From: Hormiphora californensis
Taxonomy: Eukaryota; Animalia; Ctenophora
NCBI GenBank assembly: GCA_020137815.1
Contig: CM035351.1
Span: 4,898,001-4,962,000, forward strand
DNA length: 64,000 bases
Direction of reading: 5' to 3'
This document shows positions 27,082 to 45,300 of this stretch, piece after piece. The notes under the pieces were generated by a model. That model saw only the letters and a list, made by a program, of their open reading frames with translations. It had not been told where the DNA came from and ran no database searches. How positions within the stretch are numbered: position 1 is the first letter of the stretch; each line of letters begins with the position of its first letter. The position numbers and the translations under genes were made by a program.

Positions 27082-30000
27082 TACCTTCTCCTCTAAAAAA
27101 CCCCCTTCCCCCCTTCCCTTCTTTTTCCAACCCCCCAAATAAACATCTTTTTTGTTCAAAACGCCCCTATTCCCTTTCGTTTTTTTCCAAAAGGCTTGCC
27201 AAAATTTAAAAGGGGATTCTTTGGGTCCAAAGCCGACCATTTCTTTTTTTCAAAGGGAAAAGTTCTCTTTTAACGCGGCTTTTTTATTATATTTATTGAA
27301 AAATTGTAACAGGTCTTTTTTAAAACCTAAAATAAATCTGACTTCAGGGGCTTTAAACTTTTTCTTGTAGGGCTGTGGATTATACCGCAAAATGCCCAAA
27401 AGTTTCCGTTTATTAAAATTGGGAATTGGAAATATGTTTCTCTTTTTCTATTTTTTTATTCCCTTTACTTTCCCTAAAAAACCTTTTTTTTTTTTTTTTT
27501 AAAAAAAAAAAAACCCCCCCCCCCCCCCCCCCCCCTTTTTTTTTTTTTTTTTAATTTTTTTCCGAATTTTTGGTGACTTTTTTCGAAACACTTGATGAAA
27601 TTGTCAAGGACAGATCAACAGAATAATCTAGTTGTTGTAGCTATTCTTTGAACATTCGAGTCACCGTTAAATGTTTACCAGGTATATAAAATAAAAAACT
27701 CTTACAAAATCTTAAAACCCAATTGTTTGTATATTGATGCATGTTTAGGCTGGTTAATGTGCACGTAATAGCGTTTTAAATTTCCGGCACGCTTCTGATT
27801 GTATGTAGCCCTGAATGATGGGATCAGAAAGCAATTCGAGAGAATTCTAGAATATTGGGGGGGTACAGCCCTAAAAAAAGCTAAAGGTGCCCTAATTTTG
27901 GCCGATGGCTTAGCTTTTTTAGGGCTGGACCCCCCCCCCCCCCTAATATTAGAATAGACGCATATTATATGAGAGGGTCATAATATATAGCGATGCGCAA
28001 TGAATTGAGTTATAAATGTGCATGAATTGAGTTATGATTGGAAGAATGAATAGTTTATTATCATAAGTAGAGTTTATTCATAGTTTGCAATTCTATATAT
28101 CTTTATGATATTGATGCATAACAACACATCATTGACTGATCAGCTGCCTGTGATTGCGAGTCTCACACTGTATTGGAAACCGTACACGTGCAAACTTTCT
28201 ATTGGTTTCTATTGTATTGGTGCTTTTGTTGTGTGATAATACCAGGTTTCTAGTCGTTAGTTCCCAAAAATAGGATTTGGTACTATCATTTTGGTTGAGT
28301 AGAGGGGGGGAGAAAGAAATTTTGGGGAAAAAACCGGTTTTAATAAAGGGAGCCCCCCCCCGGGGGGGGAACTCCCCTTCCTTTTTTCTCATCTCTCTCT
28401 CCTCTTCTTAATCTTCCCTTCTCTTTTTTGGGGGGGGGCTTTTTTTTTTACCCTACCTTTTGACAGGTTAAATAAAATAACCCCCACCCGTGCCCAATAA
28501 AGACATACCCCCCCCTTTGGGGGGGGGCGAAAACCACAGCCAAATTTTCGGGCGGGTTTATACCTCATTCCTATGTATCAAACATATAAAAAAAAAAAAA
28601 AAAAAAGGGGGGGGAAAAAGCCCCCCCCGGGAAAAGGGGGGGGGAAAACCACCCCCCCCAATTTTTTTTAAAAACCTTTCCATTTTTTGGCCCCCCCGGG
28701 GGTGGTTTTAAAAAAAAGGGGGGGGGGGGAAAAAAATAAAGGGGGGGGAAAACCAAGGGGGGAAAAAGGGGAAGTGTTTTTTTTGGGGTTTTTATTTTAA
28801 AAATTTTTTTGGGTTTTTTTGGAAAAATTTTTTATTTTTGTTAATTTTTTTAAAGAATTGGGGGAATTTGAGAAAATAATTGGAAATTAAAGTCTTTTTT
28901 TTTATAATTAATAAGAAACGTAAAAAATGATTTTATTTTTTTTTTTTTTTTTCCCCCCATTTTTTTTTTTTTTTTTTTGGGGGAAAAAAAAAAGGGGGGG
29001 GGGGGGGGGGGGGAAAAAGGGGGGGGGTTTTGGGGGGGGGGGGTTTTTTTTAAAGGGGGTTTTTTTTTAAAAAAAGGGGGACGAAGGAAAAGGGAAAGAG
29101 AGAGGAAAGGAGTTTTTTTGGGGGGAAATTTAAAGGGGGAAGGTGAGTGATAAAATTTTTCCCTTTGTTTTAAATTTTTTTCTCTCTTTTTTTTTTTCCC
29201 TCCCTTTCGTTTTCCCTCACTTCTCCCTCCCTCTTGCTTTTTGTCATTTAATTCGTCTTTTTTTCCCCGGGTCAAGGGGAAAGGGGAAAATTTTTCCCCC
29301 TATTTCTGTTTCGAAAAGGGGATCGGGCCCTTTTTTCCGGGGGAAATTAATTTTTAAAGGGGGGAGTGTGTTGGGTTTTTGGTTTAAAAAAGGGTTTTTA
29401 TTTTTTTGGGGTTTAAAAATTTTCTCCCTTTTCTTCTCTTTTTTTCCCCCACCGTTTCAATACTCTTTTTTAAAAACCCAAAAATTAAATTTTGGGAAAA
29501 AAATTCGATATAATTTAAATTTTCCCTCCCCCCCTATCGGACCGGGGTTCGCCCCCAAATAAAAAAACCTTTTTAAAAGGGGCCCTTCCTCCCTTCACCT
29601 ATCTCGTTATTAAATTCGATCACCAAAAGGAAATGAATTTGATTGTGATACATAAATTGATCTAGCACATGATACTGTTTCCTGTACCCACCGCCAAATT
29701 GTATCAGTGTGTGCGTACGTGGTCGTATATCAGGTCGTTTGAAAATTTGGCGACAAGCATTTTTTTCGCATCTGACAACGTTGTCGTAATGGAGTCTCCC
29801 TCTGTATCTCTCTCTCCCGTACATCTAACTTGTATTACTATATTGGGTTCTGATCTGGCCATCTTATTACATAGTAGTCATTTGATATCTTGATATTGAG
29901 ACTATTCATAAGATGAATTGATGAAGTTGGAGAGTCAGGGGATAGGAGCCGATAAAACTCGTGAGTTTATAAGTTATAAATGTACAGAGAGATAGGGATA

Positions 30001-30369
30001 ATTAGGGACTGCATTATATGAACTGCTGTTCTGGCGAAAAGCAATTTATTCCGTCTGACTTAAATCATAAGAGATAATCAAGACTGTAATATCTTTGTTC
30101 TCTCATCTCAATTCCCAGACAAGCACATATCACCACTATAGATGATGATCATGAGAGAATTTCTCTCCCAATCACGCATTGTTTCTCGAATACTAGATCT
30201 CAGTGCAGCAGCAATGAGCCCTATACGAGATCGACACGGTCTTTTCCTTCACTGACAATTATCTTCATAATGATATGTCTCTCATGTCTAGTAGCGCTGA
30301 ATCATACCCATTGCCATGCTTGACTATGCAAGCACATAGGGAGATAGAGAGGGAGGGAGAGAGAGAGAG

Positions 30370-30416
<47 letters not shown>

Positions 30417-33065
30417 GATAGAGCGAGAAAGTGACTGTGAATGAAGGAAAGAAAAAGAGAGGGATATATGACATATATGTGTTATCTTCCGATCGTCAGT
30501 TCATCCCGAGGATTTCGGTATTAATTGCTGCTGATGATGATGAGCGTCAGAGATAGATAGGTAGGGGATGAAGAGAGACGTGAAAGAGAGAGTGCATGTG
30601 TGAGAGAGATACAGTTAGATAGAGCTAGAAGTGAGTACGCAAGGACGGCATTAACAGACTTTAAGAAATAAGACATGATGAGATGTAAAGAAATTGGGAG
30701 TGACTGATAATGTACTACGCATTTTAATGTGTTCAATTTGAATGGGAAATTGGTATTGTTTCATTTTAAACTATCCTTAATTTCCCTCACTACACGATCC
30801 GTTCAATACATAATTGGTCCATTAGAAGCCATGAGTATAGGCGTGTGCCTGATCTAAACCGTATATATTAAATTAAAAATTCCCCCTTTTAAATTTTTAA
30901 CCCGTGGGCCCCCCTTTCCCCTAAATTTTTTTTTTTAATTTTCCTTTTAAAAAAAATTTTTTACTTCCGTCTTTTTTTTTCACTTTGGTCTTAATGCGAC
31001 CCTCCTTTCTTTATCCCCTTTAAATTTTCCAAATTCCCCGTATTCCCTGGTTTTATTCCCTTTTCGGCCCGTTGGGAATTTTTCAATTTTTTATTGCAAG
31101 GTGGGCTTTAAGCTTTACCCCTTCCTTTTATTTTTTAAAACATACAGCACTTCGAGCTCCCTTTTTTTTTTTCCTGCTTCTCTTTTTCTGCTTTTCACCC
31201 TTTTCTTTAGTCACTTTTTTTAAAATCATCCCTTTAGTCACTCAACTCTATATAATAAATTTATTTGGGCCCCTTTTTTTCCAAGGGGAAAAAAACCCGG
31301 CCTTTTTAACCCTTTTCAGCAATTTCGGGTTTTTTTGCCCCCCCCCTTTTCCCCTTTTTTGTTAAAAAAATTTTTTCAAAAAACCCCCAAATTGGGGTTT
31401 AATCCGAAACCCAAAATTTTTTTTTTAAAAAAAAAATGTTTAAAAATTTTTTTTTAAAAGACATTTGGGGTTTTTGTTTTGCAACCCAAAAAAACCCAAA
31501 AAAAAAAAAAAAAAAAATAATTTTTAAATTTTTAAAAGCCCCCCCCTAATATAAAATTTTTTTTTTCGTTAACAATTTTTGGGGCCCCTTGAAGGGAAAA
31601 TTTTCTAAAGAACGTGTTAAAAAGTTTTTAAGTTAAAAAATTCCCCTTTTTTTTTCCTTTTCCCCTCCCCCCCCCTTCTCCCCCCCCCTTTTTCCCCCCC
31701 CCCTCCCTTTCCCCCTTAAATTAGGTTGTTTTTAACCGCAAAAAAATTTTCTTTAAACCCCCCCCCCAAAAGCCCCCCCCCCCCCGGGGGGGGGGAAAAA
31801 AAACCCCCCCCCCCCCCCCCGTTTAAGGGTTTTTTTTTTTTATCTAAAAAATTTTTTTTATTTTTTTTACCCCCCTTTAAAAAACTTTTCCCCCCCTTTT
31901 TGTTATCTTCCCCTTATCCTTTTTCCTTTTCAAAATTTTTTATTTCTAATAAAAATTGGGAAAACCCCCCCTGGGTTTTACTTTTTTGGGACACGCAAAT
32001 TTTTTTTAAAAATTTTTATCCCCTATAATTCTTCCCATTTTTTTTCTATACAAGTTCAAAATTTTTTTCTTTTTTTTTAAAAAAACGTCCCACCCCCCTT
32101 TTATATTTTGGGGTAACTTGGTTTTTTTTGACTCTTTGCAGGGGTAAAAAGGGGGAAAAGGGATAGGAAAAAAAAATTTTTTTTTTTTTTTTGGGGGGGG
32201 GGGGAAACACCGAAACCCAAAAAAAAAAAACCAACAATTTATTTAAACTTGGTTCCCAATCAAATTTTGTTATTTAAACCGTACCAACAACAACCCAATG
32301 TTCTTATCTTCTTGAATCTTACCTCTAACAGAATCGTTGTTAGTAGGGTTAACTCGTGTTGCATACCTTGACAGGTTATGAACTAGTTGTCTATAACCGT
32401 TTTAGTATTACAGTGAAGGTCTCGTCCTTCTTCTCCTCTCCTCTTCTCCCCCTCCCTCTCCCTCCTTCTCCCTCCTTCTCTCCCTCCCTTTCTCTCCCTG
32501 CACATATTTAGCTTGATATGATTGAGTTCCTGCATAACCATATTTTCTCTTCTAACCCCCCATCTTGGGCATGAGTTAGACCCTTGTGTAGTGTGTGTAT
32601 TGGTTAATGAGAAAGGAGGGATGTGCAGCAATTCGCTGATTCAGAGTGATTTTGTTATTTGTTTCATCTAAAATATTAGGTTTTATTTTGAATTATTATA
32701 CTCGCACATCTAAAATGATGCTACCCCTATTTGGTGTTTATCTAATCCATACTCTATCCAGTATCCCTATTTAAATACAACATGTATGTGTATAACTAAT
32801 AACTATTAGTGTTATACCCCTCATCGGCTCATCGTCCTATATATCCGATATATGTGCACATCTGCACTCTCTGTACTAATATCTGAATATTCCAGAATAT
32901 AGATGCTTCCCCTATTCATTTTCTTTAACTCTATACAAGTTCTAAAGATGGTTAGTTTCTGTTATGTTATATCACTCTCTTGTTCCCACTACCATTATAT
33001 ACTTTTGGGGTTGAACTGTTCGTGTTCTCGTAGACTTTTCTGCACGTGCCTTTGCATAACGAGAG

Positions 33066-33143
<78 letters not shown>

Positions 33144-33846
33144 GGGAGAGAGAGAGAGTGTGGGTCATTATTGTTGTAACAGTCGGCACAGTTTTGGTGG
33201 TTGATATATTTTATATTCTCTACCCCAACTACCCTTTTCATCACATATATATACTCACTCATTCAATATCTCCATATCATACTGTTGAGTGTGGTGACTG
33301 GTGTGGTTCTTGAAGTTGAACCGAATATACGGCGGGTACAAGCTACAGCAGCGAATACATAGAGCCTCTAACAAATCATCGGCCATCCATGGCCCTCCCT
33401 CCCTCTCTCATTCCTTTCTACCCTCACTCTTTCTGCCCTCTGACTTAATGAAAATTAGTCGGGACTAAACCTTCTCAATGAGAAAAATTGCGGCTAGGAC
33501 AGCCATTGTCTGTTTCAATTACTGCAGAGAGAGATATCTTGAAAAAGAATAGCGATTAGCCACTTTAAATGATGCAAAGTTCTTATAGGATAAGATAAAC
33601 GTTAATTCAGAGTATAATTAGCTGTATTAGTTTGTTTACTGTAAGCATATATCTGCATTGCAGACAGTTTCATTCCTTTGTTGCATAATTAGATATTCCT
33701 TTGTTTCCAAAATGACAATATGTAATCGCGTCCGACCGTTTTTTGGCGAAAATTGTTGTGAAGTGTCTAATAAAAGCAGTTTAAGCATATGATCAGACTT
33801 TTGTTGTAATTCTTCTATTTCTCTCTCACTTTCTTTTTCCATGTGA

Positions 33847-33994
<148 letters not shown>

Positions 33995-34069
33995 GGTGGT
34001 TCTGTACCTACAATCAAGCACATTATTTATAGCTGCTACAACTTGTAGTTGTGTTTGAAAATAGCACGT

Positions 34070-34100
<31 letters not shown>

Positions 34101-36909
34101 TTCTGAGAAAGATAGAGATGTGAGATATTGGCAGAGTCGACAGTCGTGAGTGAAATGCACAAAACAAACGGACACAAATTGTAATGGCGATTTGATTGGC
34201 GCTAAATTAAATCTGCCGGGAATTGTTTGAGAAGTTTAGAATTTTCTTAGCTTTCACATATTGTAAAATATATTTGATTATGCATGATACGCCCTTCTAA
34301 TAGTGACATATATTTTCTTGCTTCAATCAATTGCTAGCAATTATAATTCCAGCCTGTCACAATGCCTGCCAACAATAAGCTATAGTTACTGTCTTGGTTT
34401 GACATATATACCCTGGCAACAACAGTCAATACACCACTCTTAATTAACAGTGATTTAGGCTTCTAATAATCATAGCGTGTTGAGTAGCCGTGATTCTCCG
34501 TCGTTAATTGTTTCAGCGCCTCTTTTTTTCAATGCTTGAGTTAATTACAGAGACCGCATAAATTACAAAACTCACTGTCCCTCACTTCTCCCGCTCACTC
34601 TCAATCCCAACTATTACCGACACGTTGTATGACGTGGTATATATGACGTCATGTTGGTTACGTCATACCATCCTTGTTATAAAAGACACACAGTTTGAAT
34701 TTAACTCCTTAATTCCCCTCCAAACGGAAGAACCACAAGAATTCTGCATGGTAACTGTACGGTTTCCTGTTATTTTTAGACAGGCAGTGCAGAACCGTTT
34801 TAACCTTGTTTCCAGTCACGTTTTTAGTGCCTAGGTTCATTAATGTTTGTAATTCTTGGAGTTATTTTTAGTGGCATTATATCTCTCTTTGTGACATGAT
34901 ACCAGTATAAATTATTGTTGAAATGTTTGGCACTTAGAGCATTCTCTTAGCTAAATGAACGTTGAAAGACCCTGTCTGCGTATGCGTGTTTTGGTACAGA
35001 GCTTTGGACTCACTGACATTATGAGATATAGCTCGAGACTGTTACTGTTAATTTACATACTAGACGAACTTCCTTACACCATTCTGGCACTGTTACAGAA
35101 GCTTGATCTGCCTAATGCAGTGTGGGCAACTATACAGATGGCATATCTTTTGGGGGTGCATCTTTGGCATTGTCGCTTTCTGTTGACTTACATGTGTTGG
35201 ACAGCTTGAGGAGCCCAATTTTTTCCTCAAAAGATCTTCAGGCCTAGTCTGCTGCTCCTTGCCTCACAGGCATTATATACGGCTGCCTCCAGATACCTCC
35301 TACCAAACATAATATATCAGTATATATCTTGTTTTACCTTATGTTTTACCTTATTATGTAAATGTGAAACATATAATGCCTTTGTTCTAGATGAGGTATG
35401 GGGAGAATACACGTACACTGCTCTCCACTCTGTCCCCTCTGTTATTATACAGAGGATCGCTCTATAACTCTCTCCATGCCTCTCCCTATCTCCCTCTCTG
35501 ATCTCTGTCTTTCTCTCTGTCTTGTTTTCTCTCTCCATCTTTGTCTTCTAAGAAGTAGTGTAAATACCATTTAACAACATGAAATACTATTTCGTTAACA
35601 ACATGAAACTCATTGGCCCGTTCGCTCATTTGTGATCCGTACGGGATTGGTATTCGAGTTAATTATCTATTATAGACTGCAGTACGTGACGATCTGAGTA
35701 ACGAGTATTACCTCTCTTGGTCGGTTAATTACATCCCAACCGTTTCCGTATAACTAATTTTTTTTTCTGTGTCTATCAGAATCGGTTAATTTCCCGTTCC
35801 GACCAATTTCCTCTCTGTCTGTAGAGGGCCAGGCTTTATGCGGGTCATGATAATTTATCTTTTGATCTATTTTTGATCTGATTTTTTCTCCCTACCCCCC
35901 CCCCCCTTTTCTCTCTCTCTCTCTCTCTCTCGCTCTATCGCTAGCTCTCTCTCGCTATAGTCTCTCTCTCGCTCTCTCGCTACTCTATCTCTCTCTCTCA
36001 CTCTCTCTCTCTCTCCCTTTTCTCTCTCCCTCTTGATCTCTTAAGAGGGAATTCCTTCCCATCCCTCTTTTCACTGTAATTACTGTTGATAGTACTGGAT
36101 AAGAATAATTATTTAACTAGATCACTGGTCGTAACGAAGAGAAAACAGAGTAATTATATTGAGCGCTCAGTTGGCATGGTCTTGTTGTACAGGATATGCT
36201 GATCTAACAAATCTTTCACGACTCAACTTGCTATTACTTCATAGGGGAACAAGTATTTTGCGGCCAATTATATTACAAATCTAATAAAACCTGGGTTTGA
36301 TTATCTCCTACAATTTATTTAGTCAGTTCATTTAACCAACTTCATTCTGGATGATCTGTCTGGCAGTTAGGACGCTCATTTGAGCTAAGTAGGTAAAAGA
36401 CAGCATGGAGAAGACACACAAAAAAGATGAAAAGACAGACCCATGCCACAACTGAGTTGTGTACAGCTGCTGCAGCCGTATAGTACACAACTCATACGTT
36501 TTTTTACTTTTACTTACTTTAGTACTTCAGTATGGATAATGATTGTAAAATGTCTGTAAAAAAATTACAGCAGGTCTTTTTGTCCTTCAGGTCACATTCT
36601 TCATCTTCAGCTGCCGAGTTTGTTGGGCTTCTTCATAATCTTAGTTAACTTAGTTTAAATATTCATATTGGCAGGGATCTGTATTAAATTTACAATTTGC
36701 TTGCTTGGCCAGGGCTAGCATCTGTGAGATGGAGAGCTAAAGTGATGGCGTGAGAGAGAGAGACAACTACAGATAGTAAATTCTTGTATTTCGTAATTAT
36801 AATTTCCCATGTGTGTACCCATTTATACGACTATATTTGTGTAGTATCTTGTTAACAATTCCTTAGTTCAGTGGACAGTACAATTACCATCACATTCTTA
36901 TGCTACTAC

Positions 36910-36970
36910 CTGTCTGGCGCCGCGACCCATCTGAGCGCACTGTCAAATGGGGTATGGCGCCGCCATACAG
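36910..36970. mobile_element. 61-bp miniature inverted-repeat element with an 8-bp TSD
   Basis: Ends CTGTCTGGCG...CGCCATACAG; flanked by GCTACTAC on both sides; second copy at 43452. Confidence 0.8.
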
Positions 36971-37217
36971 GCTACTACCAACAATCCAGCGCTCTATAAG
37001 TTCGTTCTATTGTTTTATTATCACGTTTATTAGATTTAATGATATATATATGTGAAGTAGTACAGTTATTGAATGACTACTTAAATATAAAGCACTAGAC
37101 TTAAGTTTAGTGCAATTACCTATACTTATATGCTATATGCAATTTGGATATATTAGTCTATATACTGTCCGTTCTCATTAGACTATCCGTCTGTCTGTCT
37201 CTCCTTTCTCTCTTTCT

Positions 37218-37353
<136 letters not shown>

Positions 37354-38216
37354 TCATTTCTCGTTGTGTCTACTTGATCATCCCGCTGTACGCCATTTTT
37401 ATGTTGTCGTCAGAGCTCCTTTACCCTAGAAGAACGGGGGTATGTCTCGTTTAGAAGAACTTATTAAATAAGTTATTTCCGTGTTTTGAGACGCATTGTT
37501 AAACGTGGTAAGGCTCGAAATGTGCCGCCTTTGTTTTTTTTCTGTCTTCAGTCTTCTCCCTCGCTATCTTTCTCTCTTTCCTCTCGTCTGGTATAACAGA
37601 GCAAGATAAAATTAAAAATTTGATTTCCCTAGAGAAGTTTGCCAATTTCGTGCATTATATGAAATAATAGAGATGGGATATTTTTAGGGTCCACAATTAG
37701 GTGTTCTAAAGACGTGAGAAGATTTGTTTTTCAGTAACGAATTAGAGCCAAAAATAATTTACTTGGCCCCTAGCCCAATTATTTCACTATTTCTTTCCGT
37801 CATTTACCGACCTTCCAATACACGATAATTCTCTTTACCGTTAATTCTCTTCGTTATCCTTCCCTCTTCTCCTCGTCACCCCACCCTTGCGGCTTCTTAG
37901 CATTCATTCATTCTACCGTGGAGACTAAACGAATACGCGAGTCTACGTGTCCATGTTGAAGACATGTCAGCCGCCCCTAATTATCCTGAACCCCCTCTCC
38001 TTGTTATTTTTTGGGTTTCATTCATGAAAAATTATGCTATGATTATTATTAGATTAAAACAAACCACAACTTTAGGGTTTGTAATTGTAATTTTTAGAAT
38101 TCCTCCCTCTTTTGTTTTGATTCTCTCATTTTTAATTTCATGTTTTTAATTGAACTCTTTTGGTACTACAGGATTTAATGAAAGTCAGGAAGTGGATGTG
38201 GTATTGGTAGAGCAAC

Positions 38217-41724
<3,508 letters not shown>

Positions 41725-42334
41725 ATAGACTGATATAGCGTGAGATATTGTCTTTTAATTTTTTAATTTAGCTGAGTGTGACTTTTTTTCGTGTTTTGTC
41801 AGTCGCTTACGATGTTTTATCACATTATGATAGTTAATAGAGATATAATACAGATCTGCACTTGAGAGACACTTTTTAAGAGAACGTTGGAGACGTTAGA
41901 CCTATTATTTAGACTTGTGAAAGGTCTGGTGAGAGATTAGAAAAGACTAACAATTTAATGCCTGCTAATAGTAATTCTGGTGACCAAACCAATTAAATAC
42001 TCCAATATAAAAAGTATATTTTTCAAGAATTTGGAAGAATTTACAATGTAATTGGTTAAATACGTTAGTTAACAAACCAAAAAGTTAACACCCAATTAAC
42101 TGACTGTTTCATTTTCAAATGAGTCACATTCTCTACATGACAGATCTTGTCAGGTTACTGCACTGTACCTCACAGCATACAATGTGAGGGACAGTGCACA
42201 CTGCACAGTGCACACATATTATCTGTTTCAGTCCACCACAATCCCCTCAGGGCCAGTGTCTAAATTCCCCTCAGGGCAGAGAGTCTGAACCCACTGGAGA
42301 TATACCCCCTCCAAACCTACTCCAGGTATAGTAT

Positions 42335-45300
42335 CTAACATGTTCCACAAGTAGAAGGGCAGAGTGTTGTTTTAACTTTAGTCCCAAAAGCACCAAACTT
42401 GCCCTCCTCACATGCCCCCTGTTTCTTCAGGACGCTGCAGTATGTTGCCGTGTCCTCACACCGTTTAACCAACTTGGTCTCTGTGTGGAGAGGAGAAGGA
42501 TGGAGAATGGAGGAATGGATGTGGAGATGATGGGATTTGAGCTGTGATAATGGATCGTGATTTGAGGAAAGCTGAGGGGACAAGTGAGTTGTCAGTTTGT
42601 CCGATCGATCGCGATCGTTTGTTGCTTGTGTGTGGACTGTTTATTGAAAGTTGTCTGTCTATCTGTGTCTGTCATTGTGGAGGAGACAATTGAGTTCAGC
42701 CAGTTTGGATTCTGGTGTGTGTGTGTCTGTGTCTGTGTTGGTTTTCAGTTTGTCTGTGACTGAATCAGCTGTACATTATGTTGAACTTGTGCTTCAGTTT
42801 GTTTGTACAGTTGTTTGTCCAATATCATGTGTGTCGGTGCGTTTTCAAGTAGTATGCTTGCAGCATTGTTTATTCAAATCAAAACACGTTTATTCAAGAC
42901 TGCAAAAAATGGAGGATTGTACCAAAAAAAGAAGGTATCGTCATGTACACATAGCTCTCACAAAAAACACTTCATAGCTGAGAGAGGGAACACGCATGTC
43001 AACACACGTGAGATATGAGAGAACTGCACCCCCTGCAATAAAGTTCTTTTAAAACCCAGGCATCGAGATATCAGAGCTCACAATTTTTAATTTACAGAGT
43101 GTTCAAAATATGAGAGATCAGAGAGAGCTAGTGTCCAAACTGAGCAGTCCATGAGACTCAAACACACAGGCGCACACACACATTGCGGTGTGGTGTAGGA
43201 TGATGGAGTGGTGGGTGGGGGCTTCATAGCAGTTGCGTCACTCAGGAGGGGAGGTGGTGCTGCTCACTTACGGTGGACATCCCTTTTATTAGCTGCTGCT
43301 GCCACTACCTTCTCAACGATACCTTCTGAGAGGGAGGGATGGGTGTTAGGAAAGATATATGGGCTGTTAGGAATCTGGGAGAACAGGGAGGGAGGATCTG
43401 GAAGAACAGGGAGGGATGGGTGTTAGGGATCTGGAAGAACAGGGAGGGGTCCTGTCTGGCGCCGCGACCCATCTGAGCGCACTGTCGTTGAGAATCAAAT
43501 GGGGTATGGCGCCGCCATACAGGAGGGGTCAGGGGAAGGGTGTTAGAGGACTTAAAACAGGGAAGGAAGGGTGTCAGAGGACTTGAAAGGGGGAGGGGTG
43601 TTAGAGGACTTGAAACATGGAAGGATGGGTGTTAGAGGACTTGAAGGGGTAAGGGAGGGGTGTTAGAGGACTTTATTGGGATTGGGACGCTAAAGGAACC
43701 CAAACGTGGGGGGGGGGTTCACACTTTGTAGCAGTTTTAGCAAATGAAGAGGCGCTCAGGCGCTCTTAGTTCTTGAGTAGCATAGCTCAAAGCGCTATTG
43801 ATCACACATGCTGAGATTAACCCGATACAGGGGCCTGGTTTAACAAACTAGAAGCTCCTGGAAGGGTAGCACACACTGTTAGCCAAGGAGCTGGTAGCAA
43901 AGCTAGATGTAGCAGACTAGACTCAGAGAGCAGTAGCAGGACATACTGTTAGGTGTTGCAGACTCAGAGAGCTCAGAGCATGGTAGCATGACACACTCAG
44001 AGAGCTCATAGAGCAGTAGCAGCCTGCTACTAGCATGACACACTGTTAGCGTTACACACATGCTCCTCACTTGTGTGCTTATAAAGCTGGTTAGTATGGA
44101 TCGTTCAATTGTTCAGGACCCGGAGGGACAAAACCCTTCTTTCTCCTTCCTTCAGCCCAGGATGTGTCCATTGCTCATCTTCCTCGTTTGCCCCAGGAAT
44201 CCAAATCTGTTCCTCACTCAGTCCCACTCTTCCAATTTGTTCCTCACTCAGTCCTGGCCTTCCAATCTGTTCCTCGCTCAGTCCTGGCCTTCCAATTTGT
44301 TCCTCACTCAGTCCCACTCTTCCAATCTGTTCCTCGCTCAGTCCCACTCTTCCAATCTGTTCCTCATTCAGTCCCACTCTTCCAATTTGTTCCTCGCTCA
44401 GTCCCACTCTTCCAATCTGTTCCTCACTCAGTCCCACTCTTCCAATTTGTTCCTCGCTCAGTCCCACTCTTCCAAGCTGTTCCTCGCTCAGTCCCACTCT
44501 TCCAATCTGTTCCTCGCTCAGTCCTGGCCTTCCAATCTGTTCCTCGCTCAGTCCCACTCTTCCAATTTGTTCCTCGCTCAGTCCCACTCTTCCAATCTGT
44601 TCCTCACTCAGTCCCACTCTTCCAATTTGTTCCTCGCTCAGTCCCACTCTTCCAATCTGTTCCTCACTCAGTCCCACTCTTCCAATTTGTTCCTCGCTCA
44701 GTCCTGGCCTTCCAATTTGTTCCTCGCTCAGTCCCACTCTTCCAATCTGTTCCTCACTCAGTCCCACTCTTCCAATCTGTTCCTCACTCAGTCCCACTCT
44801 TCCAATTTGTTCCTCGCTCAGTCCCACTCTTCCAATCTGTTCCTCACTCAGTCCCACTCTTCCAAGCTGTTCCTCGCTCAGTCCCACTCTTCCAATTTGT
44901 TCCTCGCTCAGTCCCACTCTTCCAATCTGTTCCTCACTCAGTCCCACTCTTCCAATTTGTTCCTCGCTCAGTCCCACTCTTCCAATCTGTTCCTCACTCA
45001 GTCCCACTCTTCCAAGCTGTTCCTCGCTCAGTCCCACTCTTCCAATTTGTTCCTCACTCAGTCCTGGCCTTCCAATCTGTTCCTCGCTCAGTCCCACTCT
45101 TCCAATCTGTTCCTCACTCAGTCCCACTCTTCCAATCTGTTCCTCACTCAGTCCCACTCTTCCAATCTGTTCCTCACTCAGTCCCACTCTTCCAATCTGT
45201 TCCTCACTCAGTCCCACTCTTCCAATCTGTTCCTCACTCAGTCCCACTCTTCCAATTTGTTCCTCACTCAGTCCCACTCTTCCAATCTGTTCCTCACTCA

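Noticed and set aside
27082-32260. K/F/P/G-rich ORFs in homopolymer-rich blocks (27082-27560, 28300-29580, 30870-32260; also ~62150-62300)
   Set aside because: The pattern is typical of low-quality read ends, not biology
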